Shown: positions 25,597 to 35,081, counted from the first letter of the stretch. The stretch: DNA of 38,114 nt from an uncultured Rikenellaceae bacterium (GCA_964403185.1 CAYOFK010000004.1:1-38114), one strand, 5' to 3'. Program-made: numbers and translations. Notes: generated by a model from the sequence alone, not told the origin.

Positions 25597-26622
25597 ATGA
25601 AAGCACTCGTAAAGGCAAAACCCGTAAAAGGGATATGGATGGAAGAGATACCTGTACCGGAACCCGGGATCAATGATGTGATTGTAAGAATCAGAAAAAC
25701 AGCCATATGTGGTACGGATCTCCACATCTATCTGTGGGATGAATGGGCAAAGAAAACTATAAAAACCCCAATGGTGATTGGTCACGAATACATGGGAGTG
25801 GTCCATCAAACCGGTTCGGGGGTTAAGAATGTAACTATCGGTGACCGCGTTACCGGCGAGGGCCATATTGCCTGTGGTTATTGCCGCAATTGCCGGCGTG
25901 GCAAAAAACATGTATGCCAGAATACCATCGGGGTTGGAGTAAACCGCGATGGTGCTTTTGCAGAGTATGTATCCATTCCGGCCGGGAATATCATTCACCT
26001 TGATGACAGGATCAGTGATGAAATTGCCTCCATCATGGATCCTTTTGGTAATGCTGCTCATACGGCACTTTCATTTTCCGTCCTGGGGGAGGATGTTCTT
26101 ATTACAGGAGCAGGTCTGATTGGAAGCATGGCTGTTGCCATCTGTAAATTTGCAGGTGCACGATATATCGTAGTGAGTGACTTAAGTGATTCACGACTGA
26201 AAATAGCAAAAGAATTAGGAGCCACAAAGACTGTTAACCCCTCCAAAGGAGAAAAAATTCAGGACTGTGTTAAAGCACTGGGAATGGCTGGTTTTGATGT
26301 TGGCCTGGAGATGTCGGGATCATCCGAAGCCATTAATGAAATGATTGAAAACATGTACAACGGATCGAAAATTGCTCTCCTTGGAATCTTACCTAACGAC
26401 ACAAAAGTGCCCTGGGACAAAATAATATTTAAAGCATTAAGCCTCAAAGGAATTTACGGAAGGGAAATGTTTGAAACATGGTACAAGATGGAACAAATGC
26501 TTATTTCCGGGCTGGACATTTCACCGATCATTACCCATCGATTAAGTGCTGAAGATTTCCAGGCAGGTTTTGATGCAATGGAATGCGGAGACAGTGGAAA
26601 AGTAATTTTAAATTGGGAATAA
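25597..26622 (+). CDS. tdh: L-threonine 3-dehydrogenase
   Basis: A zinc-dependent alcohol dehydrogenase-family protein of 341 aa: MKALVKAKP…ICGTDLHIY…GHEYMGVV…[21 protein letters not shown]…[11 protein letters not shown]. Immediately followed by kbl (6-nt gap), the classic tdh-kbl pair. Confidence 0.93.
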   Translation: MKALVKAKPVKGIWMEEIPVPEPGINDVIVRIRKTAICGTDLHIYLWDEWAKKTIKTPMVIGHEYMGVVHQTGSGVKNVTIGDRVTGEGHIACGYCRNCRRGKKHVCQNTIGVGVNRDGAFAEYVSIPAGNIIHLDDRISDEIASIMDPFGNAAHTALSFSVLGEDVLITGAGLIGSMAVAICKFAGARYIVVSDLSDSRLKIAKELGATKTVNPSKGEKIQDCVKALGMAGFDVGLEMSGSSEAINEMIENMYNGSKIALLGILPNDTKVPWDKIIFKALSLKGIYGREMFETWYKMEQMLISGLDISPIITHRLSAEDFQAGFDAMECGDSGKVILNWE

Positions 26623-26628
26623 TAAAAA

Positions 26629-27861
26629 ATGTACGGGAAATTTAAAAAACATCTGGAACATCAATTAAACGGGATGCGTGAAGCCGGGCTTTACAAAGAA
26701 GAACGGATCATTACCACCCCCCAGAACATAGAAATTGAAACCACACAAGGTTTGAACGTCCTGAATTTCTGTGCGAACAATTATCTGGGTTTATCCTCGC
26801 ACCCCCGTGTAATTGAAGCTGCAAAAAGAACGCTCGACACTCACGGATTCGGCATGTCATCCGTACGTTTTATTTGTGGCACACAGGACATCCATAAAGA
26901 ACTTGAAGAAAAGCTGTCCGGTTTTTTGGGAACGGAAGACACCATTCTTTATTCATCGGCCTTTGACGCCAACGGGGGTGTATTTGAACCCCTGCTGGAC
27001 TCAGAGTCAGCCATTATTTCGGATGAATTAAACCATGCTTCCATCATTGATGGTGTGAGACTTTGCAAAGCAAAAAGGTACAGATACCGCAACAACAACA
27101 TGGAAGATCTTGAGGAGCAGTTAAAGCAAGCCGATAAGGATGAGGCAAAGTATAAACTGATTGTCACCGATGGGGTATTTTCCATGGATGGCATCGTTGC
27201 CCGGGTTGACAATATCTGTGATATCGCAGAGAAATATGATGCACTGGTAGTGGTGGACGACTCCCATGCCACTGGTTTTGTTGGCAAACACGGGCGTGGC
27301 AGTGCCGAACACTGCAATGTTTTGGGCCGGGTTGATATCATAACCACTACTTTTGGAAAAGCTCTGGGAGGAGCCTCCGGAGGATGTGTATCAGGAAAAA
27401 AGGAGATCATTGACATGCTTCGGCAAAGATCGAGGCCCTATTTGTTTTCTAACTCACTGTCCCCGGTAATTGCCGGAGCCACTCTGGAAGTCCTTAAGAT
27501 GTTAACAGAGACCACCCAACTCAGGGACCGGCTGGAGCAAAATACCAGAATGTTCCGGGAAGGCCTGGAAAAATCCGGTTTTATAATTGTCCCGGGAAGC
27601 CATCCCATTGTACCCATCATGTTGTTTAATGCAAAGCTATCGCAGGATGTATCCGGGGATCTCTACCGGGAAGGCATTTATGCCATTGGATTCTTTTTTC
27701 CGGTAGTGCCAAACGGGCAGGCCCGGATAAGGATACAGATCTCTGCAGCGCATGAACGGCGCCATCTTGATAAAGCCCTGGAAGCATTTACAAGAGTTGG
27801 GGAAAAATATGAGATCCTTGGATTGACCAGGCAGGAAATCATTGCTAAGTACGGATTGTAG
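26629..27861 (+). CDS. kbl: Glycine C-acetyltransferase (2-amino-3-ketobutyrate CoA ligase)
   Basis: PLP-dependent alpha-oxoamine synthase pattern: …NFCANNYLGLSSHP…DELNHASIIDG…VVDDSHATGF…DIITTTFGKALGGASGG (PLP-binding Lys). 410 aa. Confidence 0.93.
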   Translation: MYGKFKKHLEHQLNGMREAGLYKEERIITTPQNIEIETTQGLNVLNFCANNYLGLSSHPRVIEAAKRTLDTHGFGMSSVRFICGTQDIHKELEEKLSGFLGTEDTILYSSAFDANGGVFEPLLDSESAIISDELNHASIIDGVRLCKAKRYRYRNNNMEDLEEQLKQADKDEAKYKLIVTDGVFSMDGIVARVDNICDIAEKYDALVVVDDSHATGFVGKHGRGSAEHCNVLGRVDIITTTFGKALGGASGGCVSGKKEIIDMLRQRSRPYLFSNSLSPVIAGATLEVLKMLTETTQLRDRLEQNTRMFREGLEKSGFIIVPGSHPIVPIMLFNAKLSQDVSGDLYREGIYAIGFFFPVVPNGQARIRIQISAAHERRHLDKALEAFTRVGEKYEILGLTRQEIIAKYGL

Positions 27862-27897
27862 GGAGTTGTTTATTGGTTGAGGGGTTGAGAAGTTGAA

Positions 27898-28160
27898 GAG
27901 GATGTCCAAAAACGGACATCAGGCTTAATTTTAGCTGCAAAATAGCAGATTTCAGCACCTGAGTTTGATTGCTGGCTGCGTCAAGCCCCAATCGGGGCGG
28001 AAGATAATAGCCCCGGGCGATGCCCGGGGTATCCCGTACCATCATGAAACCGGTCCGTGAGGGATGTTGGAGCAGGGTACAGGTACAAATACGGACCGGA
28101 TTAGTAAAAGGCCGGTTTCATCAATCCCCCTTAAGAGGACATCTGTTTTTGGACATCCTC
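27898..28160. repeat. 263-nt inverted-repeat-bounded, hairpin-rich MITE-like element in the kbl/nrdJ convergent gap
   Basis: A perfect 16-nt inverted repeat: GAGGATGTCCAAAAAC (27898-27913) and GTTTTTGGACATCCTC (28145-28160). The flanks are similar direct sequences, AGGGGTTGAGAAGTTGAA on the left and AGGGGTTGAACTGAAAG on the right. The interior holds several perfect short hairpins. Confidence 0.6.
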
Positions 28161-28253
28161 AGGGGTTGAACTGAAAGACCTGAATACCATCTCCGGTTGA
28201 ATTGGGGATATCCATAATTTATTCCGGGAAACCAATTACTTTACCGGAGGATC

Positions 28254-30875
28254 TTACCCACACTTGGTGTGTCCGCACTCGCCACATATCAGGCACCCTT
28301 CCTGATATACCAGGTTGGTTGATTGGCATTCGGAGCAGGATATACCGGATGCGGCTTCGGTACCATCCGGTATGAATTTCTTCAACGCACGTTCAACCCC
28401 GGTTTTCCACGAGTTGATATTTTCACTGTCAAGCTGAAGTTTGGATACCAGGTCCACTACATTTTTAAGGGGCATGCCATGTCTCAAAATTCCGGAGATC
28501 AGTTTGGCATAATTCCAGTATTCCTTATTAAACATATGAGACAGTCCGCCCACAGTGTTCCTGTAGCCATACTTATCGGTATATTGAAAGTCATACCGGT
28601 TATTCCCTGATTCATCCCGGGTTTTGAGGATGCTCCCTTTAACGATGGATTTGGGAATTGCCAGCACGTCTTCATCCACAATTCCTGTAAAGATCTCATA
28701 CGGCCGTCCGTTAAGAATGCCCACAAAGGCAATCCATTTGTCATTATTATTCTGGAAACGTACCACTTCCGCTCCCAGTGTTTTAGGCCGTTTAGGAGAG
28801 TTAAATTCCTGCTGTGCATCCCCTTTCTGATTATAATCCGAGGCAACAAGGACACCGGAACGGGAACCATCCCTGTACACGGTTGCACCTTTACATCCTG
28901 TATCCCAGGCCGTCACATACAAATGGCCGACCATGTCTTCCGAAACATCCTGCGGAAGATTCACTGTCACACTTATGGAATGGTCTACCCACTTTTGTAT
29001 GGAGCCCTGCATTTTTATTTTTGCCACCCAATCCACATCATTTGATGTGGCCTGGAAATAAGGGGATTTTTCTATCAGTTTTTGAATTTTTGCCTCGGAA
29101 TAATGCATGACATCATTGACATTGTAACCATTCACCTTCAGCCATGTCTGGAATTTATGATGGAACACATTATATTCCTCCCATGCATCGCCCACTTCAT
29201 CCACAAATGAAACCTTAACATCCGCATCATTAGGATTTACTTTTCTTCTTCGTTTATAAACCGGAAGAAATACGGGTTCAATCCCGGATGTGGTTTGAGT
29301 CATCAGGCTGGTGGTCCCTGTAGGCGCAATGGTAAGGAGGGCTATGTTCCGCCGGCCCTTCTTCTCCATGTCGTCATATAAGGCCGGATCGGCTTTTCTC
29401 AGTCGTTGTATGAACGGATTATTCTTTTCTCTTTGAATGTCAAAAATCGGAAAGGCTCCCCGTTCTCCGGCCAGGTTTACTGATGCCCTGTACGCCTCCA
29501 GTGCAAGGGTTTTATGCACTTCAATTGAAAAATCTATGGCGTTATCACTTCCGTATTGCAATCCGAGGGCAGCCAGCATGTCGCCTTCAGCTGTGATGCC
29601 GATTCCTGTACGGCGGCCTTCCCGTGCTTTGATCTTTATATTTTCCCACAGGTTGCGCTCTACTCTCTTAATCTCATCAACCTCAGGATCTTTATTGATC
29701 TTATTAAGAATGAAATCCACTTTCTCAAGTTCCAGATCAATAATGTCATCCATAATCCGCAGGGCATATCCCACATGCTCTTTAAACAGGTTAAAATCAA
29801 ATTTTGCCTTTGAAGTAAACGGATCCTTCACAAAAGAATAAAGGTTGATGGCCAGAAGCCTGCAGCTATCGTATGGACAGAGAGGTATTTCACCACAGGG
29901 ATTTGTTGAAACAGTTGTATATCCAAGGTCGGAGTAACAATCCGGAACAGATTCACGGATTATAGTATCCCAGAACAGGATTCCCGGTTCTGCTGATTTC
30001 CAGGCGTTGTGCACAATGTTATCCCACAATTTTCTCGCTCTGACTTTTTTTGTGAAAACCGGATTATCCGAATCCACCGGGAATTGTTGCACGTATTTCT
30101 TATCCTCCACTACGGCCCTCATGAATTCATCATCGATCCTTACAGAGATGTTTGCTCCGGTTACTTTGCCTTTTTTAAGTTTGGCATCAATAAAAGCAGT
30201 GGAATCAGGATGTTTGACAGATATGGTAAGCATCAAAGCCCCTCGTCGTCCGTCCTGGGCCACTTCCCTGGTGGAGTTTGAATACCGTTCCATAAACGGA
30301 ACCACCCCGGTGGAAGAAAGGGCGCTGTTCAGTACCGGGCTTCCTTTGGGCCTGATGTGAGACAGGTCGTGGCCTACTCCTCCCCTTCTTTTCATCAGTT
30401 GCACCTGTTCCTGGTCTATCTTCATAATGGCTCCATAAGAATCTGAAGATCCTTCGCTGCCAACCACAAAACAATTGGACAGGGATGCAATCTGATGGTT
30501 GTTTCCTATCCCGGTCATTGGTCCACCCTGGGGAACAATATAATTAAAGCCTTCTAAAAGCTTATAGATCTCTTCATCTGATAGTGGATTTGGATAGTTC
30601 TTTTCAACTCTTGCAATTTCAGATGCAAGTCTTTGGTGCATGTTGTCCGGAGTCAACTCATATAAATTCCCGTCAGAATCTTTTAATGCGTACTTATTCA
30701 CCCAAACCCTGGCAGCCAATTCATCGCCTTTAAAATATTTCTTAGAGGCTTTAAAGGCATCCTCAAAAGAATATGCTTTTAATTTTTTTCCGGTACTCCG
30801 TGATTTAACAAGCGTTTCTTTAGTCACAGGATTCTTTAAATCGATGGTTTTTTGTTTGGCATGAGAATCATCCAT
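28254..30875 (-). CDS. nrdJ: Adenosylcobalamin-dependent (class II) ribonucleoside-diphosphate reductase
   Basis: 873 aa. RNR core motifs …VSTNPCGEIPLCPYDSCRL… and …LLTIAPTGTTS…. The Cys-rich C-terminal tail CSECQSTNLVYQEGCLICGECGHTKCG is typical of class II enzymes. No nrdB-like partner gene is adjacent. Confidence 0.88.
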   Translation of the reverse strand: MDDSHAKQKTIDLKNPVTKETLVKSRSTGKKLKAYSFEDAFKASKKYFKGDELAARVWVNKYALKDSDGNLYELTPDNMHQRLASEIARVEKNYPNPLSDEEIYKLLEGFNYIVPQGGPMTGIGNNHQIASLSNCFVVGSEGSSDSYGAIMKIDQEQVQLMKRRGGVGHDLSHIRPKGSPVLNSALSSTGVVPFMERYSNSTREVAQDGRRGALMLTISVKHPDSTAFIDAKLKKGKVTGANISVRIDDEFMRAVVEDKKYVQQFPVDSDNPVFTKKVRARKLWDNIVHNAWKSAEPGILFWDTIIRESVPDCYSDLGYTTVSTNPCGEIPLCPYDSCRLLAINLYSFVKDPFTSKAKFDFNLFKEHVGYALRIMDDIIDLELEKVDFILNKINKDPEVDEIKRVERNLWENIKIKAREGRRTGIGITAEGDMLAALGLQYGSDNAIDFSIEVHKTLALEAYRASVNLAGERGAFPIFDIQREKNNPFIQRLRKADPALYDDMEKKGRRNIALLTIAPTGTTSLMTQTTSGIEPVFLPVYKRRRKVNPNDADVKVSFVDEVGDAWEEYNVFHHKFQTWLKVNGYNVNDVMHYSEAKIQKLIEKSPYFQATSNDVDWVAKIKMQGSIQKWVDHSISVTVNLPQDVSEDMVGHLYVTAWDTGCKGATVYRDGSRSGVLVASDYNQKGDAQQEFNSPKRPKTLGAEVVRFQNNNDKWIAFVGILNGRPYEIFTGIVDEDVLAIPKSIVKGSILKTRDESGNNRYDFQYTDKYGYRNTVGGLSHMFNKEYWNYAKLISGILRHGMPLKNVVDLVSKLQLDSENINSWKTGVERALKKFIPDGTEAASGISCSECQSTNLVYQEGCLICGECGHTKCG

Positions 30876-31402
30876 ATGCTAAAATTATCTAAAGCATTGA
30901 CAGCGTGAAAACTAATAATTGTTGGTTGTATTTAAGTCCGCTATGCAATTTATAAAACGCAAAAAATCTGAACAACACAGATCAATCCATACTTATTAAC
31001 AATTGGATCAAGTTATTAACGATGTCTTATAACACACTACATATCTGTATTTTATGAATATGTCTGTAAATTGTTAATTGCCGTAATATAAGAACACCAA
31101 ATTTTTAATTTCCTAAAGACCGGAGTTTCAAAGCCGGAAGTTGGAGCGAAGCAGATCGAAGATGCTAACCGGTAGCATCAGCAAATCCCGACCAAAGCGT
31201 TGGGGTCAAGAGATACTGTTTTAGTCCCTTTAGGGACAAAATATTTATAGTTTATCCATAGGATGTTTTAGTGAGTGCCATAGGCCAGGCCTGCCGGAAG
31301 GCAGGTACGATATATTATATTGACTTCTGGTTAACATTTTTCTATTCCGGTCCGGCATGACCATTTCTTCTGGTTGGCCTTAAGACCGGACCGTTTTCCT
31401 GG

Positions 31403-31462
31403 TTGCCCGGATACCCAGGGCGATGCCCTGGGCTATTTACATCCCGCCACTTCGGGGGCTCA
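31403..31462 (-). repeat. Two-hairpin repeat module, homologous in reverse orientation to 27985-28040
   Basis: The reverse complement GAGCCCCCGAAGTGGCGGGATGTAAATAGCCCAGGGCATCGCCCTGGGTATCC aligns with 27983-28035 AAGCCCCAATCGGGGCGGAAGATAATAGCCCCGGGCGATGCCCGGGGTATCC. Both carry the CCCRGGGC-N3-GCCCYGGG hairpin. Confidence 0.55.
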
Positions 31463-31497
31463 AATCATTTTATTACCTGGAGATATCCTGATCAGGC

Positions 31498-31629
31498 GGG
31501 GCTGTCTCAAAAGCAACCTAATGGCATCATTCCGTACTTGATACGGAATCTTTGTAATGTGAAAATCAGGCTCTTATGGATTCCTGCTTTCGCAGGAATG
31601 ATATGTAATCTGACTTTTGAGACAGCCCC
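31498..31629. repeat. 132-nt inverted-repeat-bounded MITE/REP-like element; its right part recurs at 1-52
   Basis: A perfect 16-nt inverted repeat: GGGGCTGTCTCAAAAG (31498-31513) and CTTTTGAGACAGCCCC (31614-31629). Internal perfect hairpins are ATTCCGTA-CTTGA-TACGGAAT (31529-31549) and ATTCCTGC-TTTC-GCAGGAAT (31580-31599). Confidence 0.7.
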
Positions 31630-31652
31630 TTTGCTTTATTTCAAATACCTGC

Positions 31653-34600
31653 TTAGAAGATATACCTGAATCCGATCTGAGCCTGCCATCTTGAACTGTT
31701 GATGCCAGAATCATCGATAAAGTATTTGTTCGAAGGAGTTGAGAAACTGTAGGTTGGTGTGGATCCGTCTGCAGCAAACCCCTCAAAGTCAATCAGCCTG
31801 AACTGACCGTTGGATACATAATACCTGCGCCCCCAGTTTTTATTCAACAAATTGGTAAAATTGAACATGTCAAAGGTGAATTGCAAGGTATGTTTCCTGG
31901 GACCGAAATCTGCAAACACGTCCTGAATAAATTTAAGGTCAAGAATGCCAACAAAAGGAAGGCGGGCTCCATTTCGTTCGGCATATTCTCCCCTGTGTTG
32001 GCTCAGGTAAGGATCATCCTCAATAAAAGCATTTAAATCGGTCCATTGCTGGCTTGCAGTTGTAGGATCATCAAATACAATTTCGCTCTGACCGGCAGGT
32101 ATATAGATCAGGTTGTTGTTACTTTCACCATTACCATTCATATCACCATAATCATTGTATATAAATGAATAGGGTCTGCCTGATTGGCCATTGTAATACA
32201 AGCTCACGGTGGTTGAGAGGTGGTTCAGGTATTCTTTCCTGTAACTCACGAACCCAACAAAACGGTGTCCCATATCAAAATCAGAATAGGAGAGTTCCAG
32301 GTTATTCAAACCATTGACTTGCTCCATATAACGCCACTGTGATGAGTTCTGTGACGAAGTTCCATCATTGATGGCTTTCGCCCTTCCATAGGTATAGGCC
32401 ACCATGGCCGTAAAGCCACTTTTAAAGGGCTTCTGCAATTGTATTGTAAGGTTATAGGTAAAGCCCTTATTGGTATTGGTTCCCACCATCACCCTGGTAT
32501 AATCTCCATCGATCCGCGATTCATCCCAATAGGGCCTGTTATCAGCACCTGTCAGGTTTCTTAACGGATCCTTGGGAACGTTCATGTTGTAATACAAAAC
32601 ATTGTTGATGGTTTTGGTAAACATACCTTCCAGGGTAAGAATGATCCCAAGGGGCAGTTTTTGGTCGTAACCGGCATTGACCCTGAACATTTGCGGGAAC
32701 TTAAAGTCCTTGGCAAACAGGTCTATCTGGCCACCCCATGGATCGTCAGTACCTCCAAAATCAGCACGTTTATACTGGTTGTCCCATTGTGGCCTGAAGA
32801 AGATATCCGTACCCCAGTAACTCCTGTGATACACACCGCCGATGGTGGTTCCGTTGTTTGTATAGGAACCGCCCGGCCATACAAGTGGAAGGCGGCTGGT
32901 AAAGATCCCGAGGCCACCCCGCAATTGAGTTGAAGCATCTCCTTTAATATCCCAGTTGAAACCCACACGGGGCGAAAACAACAAACGGCCTTTAGGCATT
33001 TGGCCTGCCTGGGCGCCAAACATATCCCAACCTTCAGCTTCTAAAGCCGGTTTGGTATTCTGATTGAAATTCACATCTTCTTCCGGCTGTTTCAGGAACA
33101 GGGGCATATCAACGCGTAAACCTGCTGTTATTTTCAGGTTATCGTTTACCTGGATCTCATCCTGGGCATACAGGCCCCATTGCAGCAGACTGAATTCAGC
33201 AGCAGCTTTGGAGCCGTCGCCGGTTATATCGTCAACCAGTGAGTAACCTCTTTCATACTGGTAGGCCGGCACTTCACCCCCGCTGCCATCACCTGCACCG
33301 GTTACGGTCAGAAAATCAGCTATGGAACTATATCTGTATTCACCAAAGTTCTTTCTCATAAAGAGGTTATAGGTTTTTGAATACTCAATATTGGCACCTA
33401 CCGTAATGGTATGTTTTCCTTTGTATATGGTGAAATTATTGGTCAGTGTCAGGATATCCTGATCCAGTTGATTGGCGGTTGAATAGGGTTCGGAACCGGC
33501 ATAAATGGTGGCCGAACCATCATAGATCCGCAGGGCTGGAAAGTTCTGTCCGAGAGGATCTCTGCTATCGCGAACAGAGGTAAATCCAAGGATCAGATTG
33601 TTTGAAAAACCATCATAATTACTCTTTAATTCAACTGCTGAAGAGTTGGTTACGCTGGGAAAATACACTGAATTATTTTCAAAGCCTACTGAACGGCCGC
33701 TCGAGGAGCTAACTCTGAACGCTTCGTTATTGGTATAGGAATGCCTGGCTGTGAGTTTATGATGCTGGCTGATGTTCCAGTCCAGCCGCAGGAGAAATTT
33801 ATCAGAATTCAGCTTTCGTGTTTTGTCTTTCCAGGGCCCCGGTTCATAACCTAAGGAACGCAGCTTGGTTGCAACCTGATCGATTCCTGCCTCCCCACTG
33901 TCCCCTTGGTATGGTCCGTTAAAAGACTGGGGAGTCACATCCCGTTGCATTTCAAAACTGGTAAAAAAGAACAGTTTGTTCTTTATAATGGGTGCACCAA
34001 TACGGGCACCTGTGGTAAATGAGGTAAAGTCCGGGAGTCTTTGCCTGTCAATATCCTCAATTGTCTCATCATCGGTTGGCTGCCGGCCTGCCAGTCCCTG
34101 GTGTCTGAAAAGGTAATATACAGAGCCTTCAACCCTGTTTGAACCACTCCTGGTTACGGCATTGATACTGGCGCCTGCAAATCCCGACTGACGCACATCA
34201 TAAGGCGCCAGGGTGATCTGGAACTGTTCAATGGCATCCATACTGATTGGCGTGCCACCGGTCTGGCCACCATTGGTTCCGGTTGCGGCCAGTCCAAAAA
34301 CATCATTATTGACGGCTCCGTCAATAGAAATAGCATTATAACGGTTATTGATACCGGCAATAGAAATAACGCCATCACCCATAATAGAAGCCTGGGGAGT
34401 CAGCCTGGCAAAATCGGTCAGATCCCTGGCAACTGTAGGCAACACATCAATTTGTTCATTGCTGATAACTGTTTCCGCGCCGGTCCGGTTGCCGTCAAAG
34501 GCATTATATTCTCTCGTCCGGGTCCCAACAACAGCCACTTCAGCCAGCTGCACCGCAGATTCTCCAAGGGTAATATTCAGACGGAATGTTTGCCCCAGAG

Positions 34601-34898
34601 ACAGATAGATGCCACTTTTCTCGTAAGGCTCGAATCCAATAAAGGATACCGTTACTTTATAAGGTCCGCCAACATTCATATTGGGCAGACGAAAATATCC
34701 CTGGGCATCAGAGATGCCTCCGAATTGTGATCCTGTAGGCGTGTGTACGGCCATGACCGTAGCGCCCGGCAAGGGCCCACCATCAGTATCAGTGATTTTT
34801 CCATTCATCCCTGATGTGGTAGTACCCTGACCAAAAGATATGGCAGATGCTATAAAAAACAGCATCGCCCCAAGCATAACTTTGATCTTCACTTTCAT
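31653..34898 (-). CDS. TonB-dependent outer-membrane receptor with N-terminal carboxypeptidase-regulatory-like domain (Oar-like)
   Basis: 1081 aa. Signal peptide, then GKITDTDGGPLPGATVMAVHTPTGSQFGGISDAQGYFRLPNMNVGGPYKVTVSFIGF (CarboxypepD_reg pattern), a plug region (…VISNEQIDVLP…ISIAGINNRYNAISIDG…), a long beta-barrel, and the terminal …QIGFRYIF. No SusD-like partner gene is adjacent. Confidence 0.88.
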   Translation of the reverse strand: MKVKIKVMLGAMLFFIASAISFGQGTTTSGMNGKITDTDGGPLPGATVMAVHTPTGSQFGGISDAQGYFRLPNMNVGGPYKVTVSFIGFEPYEKSGIYLSLGQTFRLNITLGESAVQLAEVAVVGTRTREYNAFDGNRTGAETVISNEQIDVLPTVARDLTDFARLTPQASIMGDGVISIAGINNRYNAISIDGAVNNDVFGLAATGTNGGQTGGTPISMDAIEQFQITLAPYDVRQSGFAGASINAVTRSGSNRVEGSVYYLFRHQGLAGRQPTDDETIEDIDRQRLPDFTSFTTGARIGAPIIKNKLFFFTSFEMQRDVTPQSFNGPYQGDSGEAGIDQVATKLRSLGYEPGPWKDKTRKLNSDKFLLRLDWNISQHHKLTARHSYTNNEAFRVSSSSGRSVGFENNSVYFPSVTNSSAVELKSNYDGFSNNLILGFTSVRDSRDPLGQNFPALRIYDGSATIYAGSEPYSTANQLDQDILTLTNNFTIYKGKHTITVGANIEYSKTYNLFMRKNFGEYRYSSIADFLTVTGAGDGSGGEVPAYQYERGYSLVDDITGDGSKAAAEFSLLQWGLYAQDEIQVNDNLKITAGLRVDMPLFLKQPEEDVNFNQNTKPALEAEGWDMFGAQAGQMPKGRLLFSPRVGFNWDIKGDASTQLRGGLGIFTSRLPLVWPGGSYTNNGTTIGGVYHRSYWGTDIFFRPQWDNQYKRADFGGTDDPWGGQIDLFAKDFKFPQMFRVNAGYDQKLPLGIILTLEGMFTKTINNVLYYNMNVPKDPLRNLTGADNRPYWDESRIDGDYTRVMVGTNTNKGFTYNLTIQLQKPFKSGFTAMVAYTYGRAKAINDGTSSQNSSQWRYMEQVNGLNNLELSYSDFDMGHRFVGFVSYRKEYLNHLSTTVSLYYNGQSGRPYSFIYNDYGDMNGNGESNNNLIYIPAGQSEIVFDDPTTASQQWTDLNAFIEDDPYLSQHRGEYAERNGARLPFVGILDLKFIQDVFADFGPRKHTLQFTFDMFNFTNLLNKNWGRRYYVSNGQFRLIDFEGFAADGSTPTYSFSTPSNKYFIDDSGINSSRWQAQIGFRYIF

Positions 34899-35081
34899 AA
34901 TTATTTGGTTAGGTTAAAAAAAATAGTTTGGTAAATTAAATTTATGGTTAAAAAAACAGATACTTCAAATTAAATATTGATGCAAACGATTGCAATACGC
35001 TTATTCTTCATTTCCACGGGAAAGCCTATGATTCGGGGAGTAAAGGAATTAAATTTAGATAAAAAACAGAGTTCTAAAATC

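Noticed and set aside
25576-26061. 161-aa minus-strand ORF antisense to tdh. Other long antisense ORFs behave the same way: 2485-2919, 3776-4195, 18707-19120, 24057-24485, 26949-27416 and 29437-29841.
   Set aside because: Each lies wholly inside a gene with a clear family assignment on the opposite strand. Their compositions are odd (Cys/His/Pro/Ser-rich or low-complexity) and they show no motifs. They are typical shadow ORFs.
30876-31652. Adenosylcobalamin riboswitch in the long leader of the B12-dependent RNR
   Set aside because: Reading the minus (gene) strand, I found no B12-box-like core. The only GCCACT-containing stretch (about 31446-31452) is on the wrong strand and lies inside a repeat module. 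This needs a cmscan for a definitive answer.
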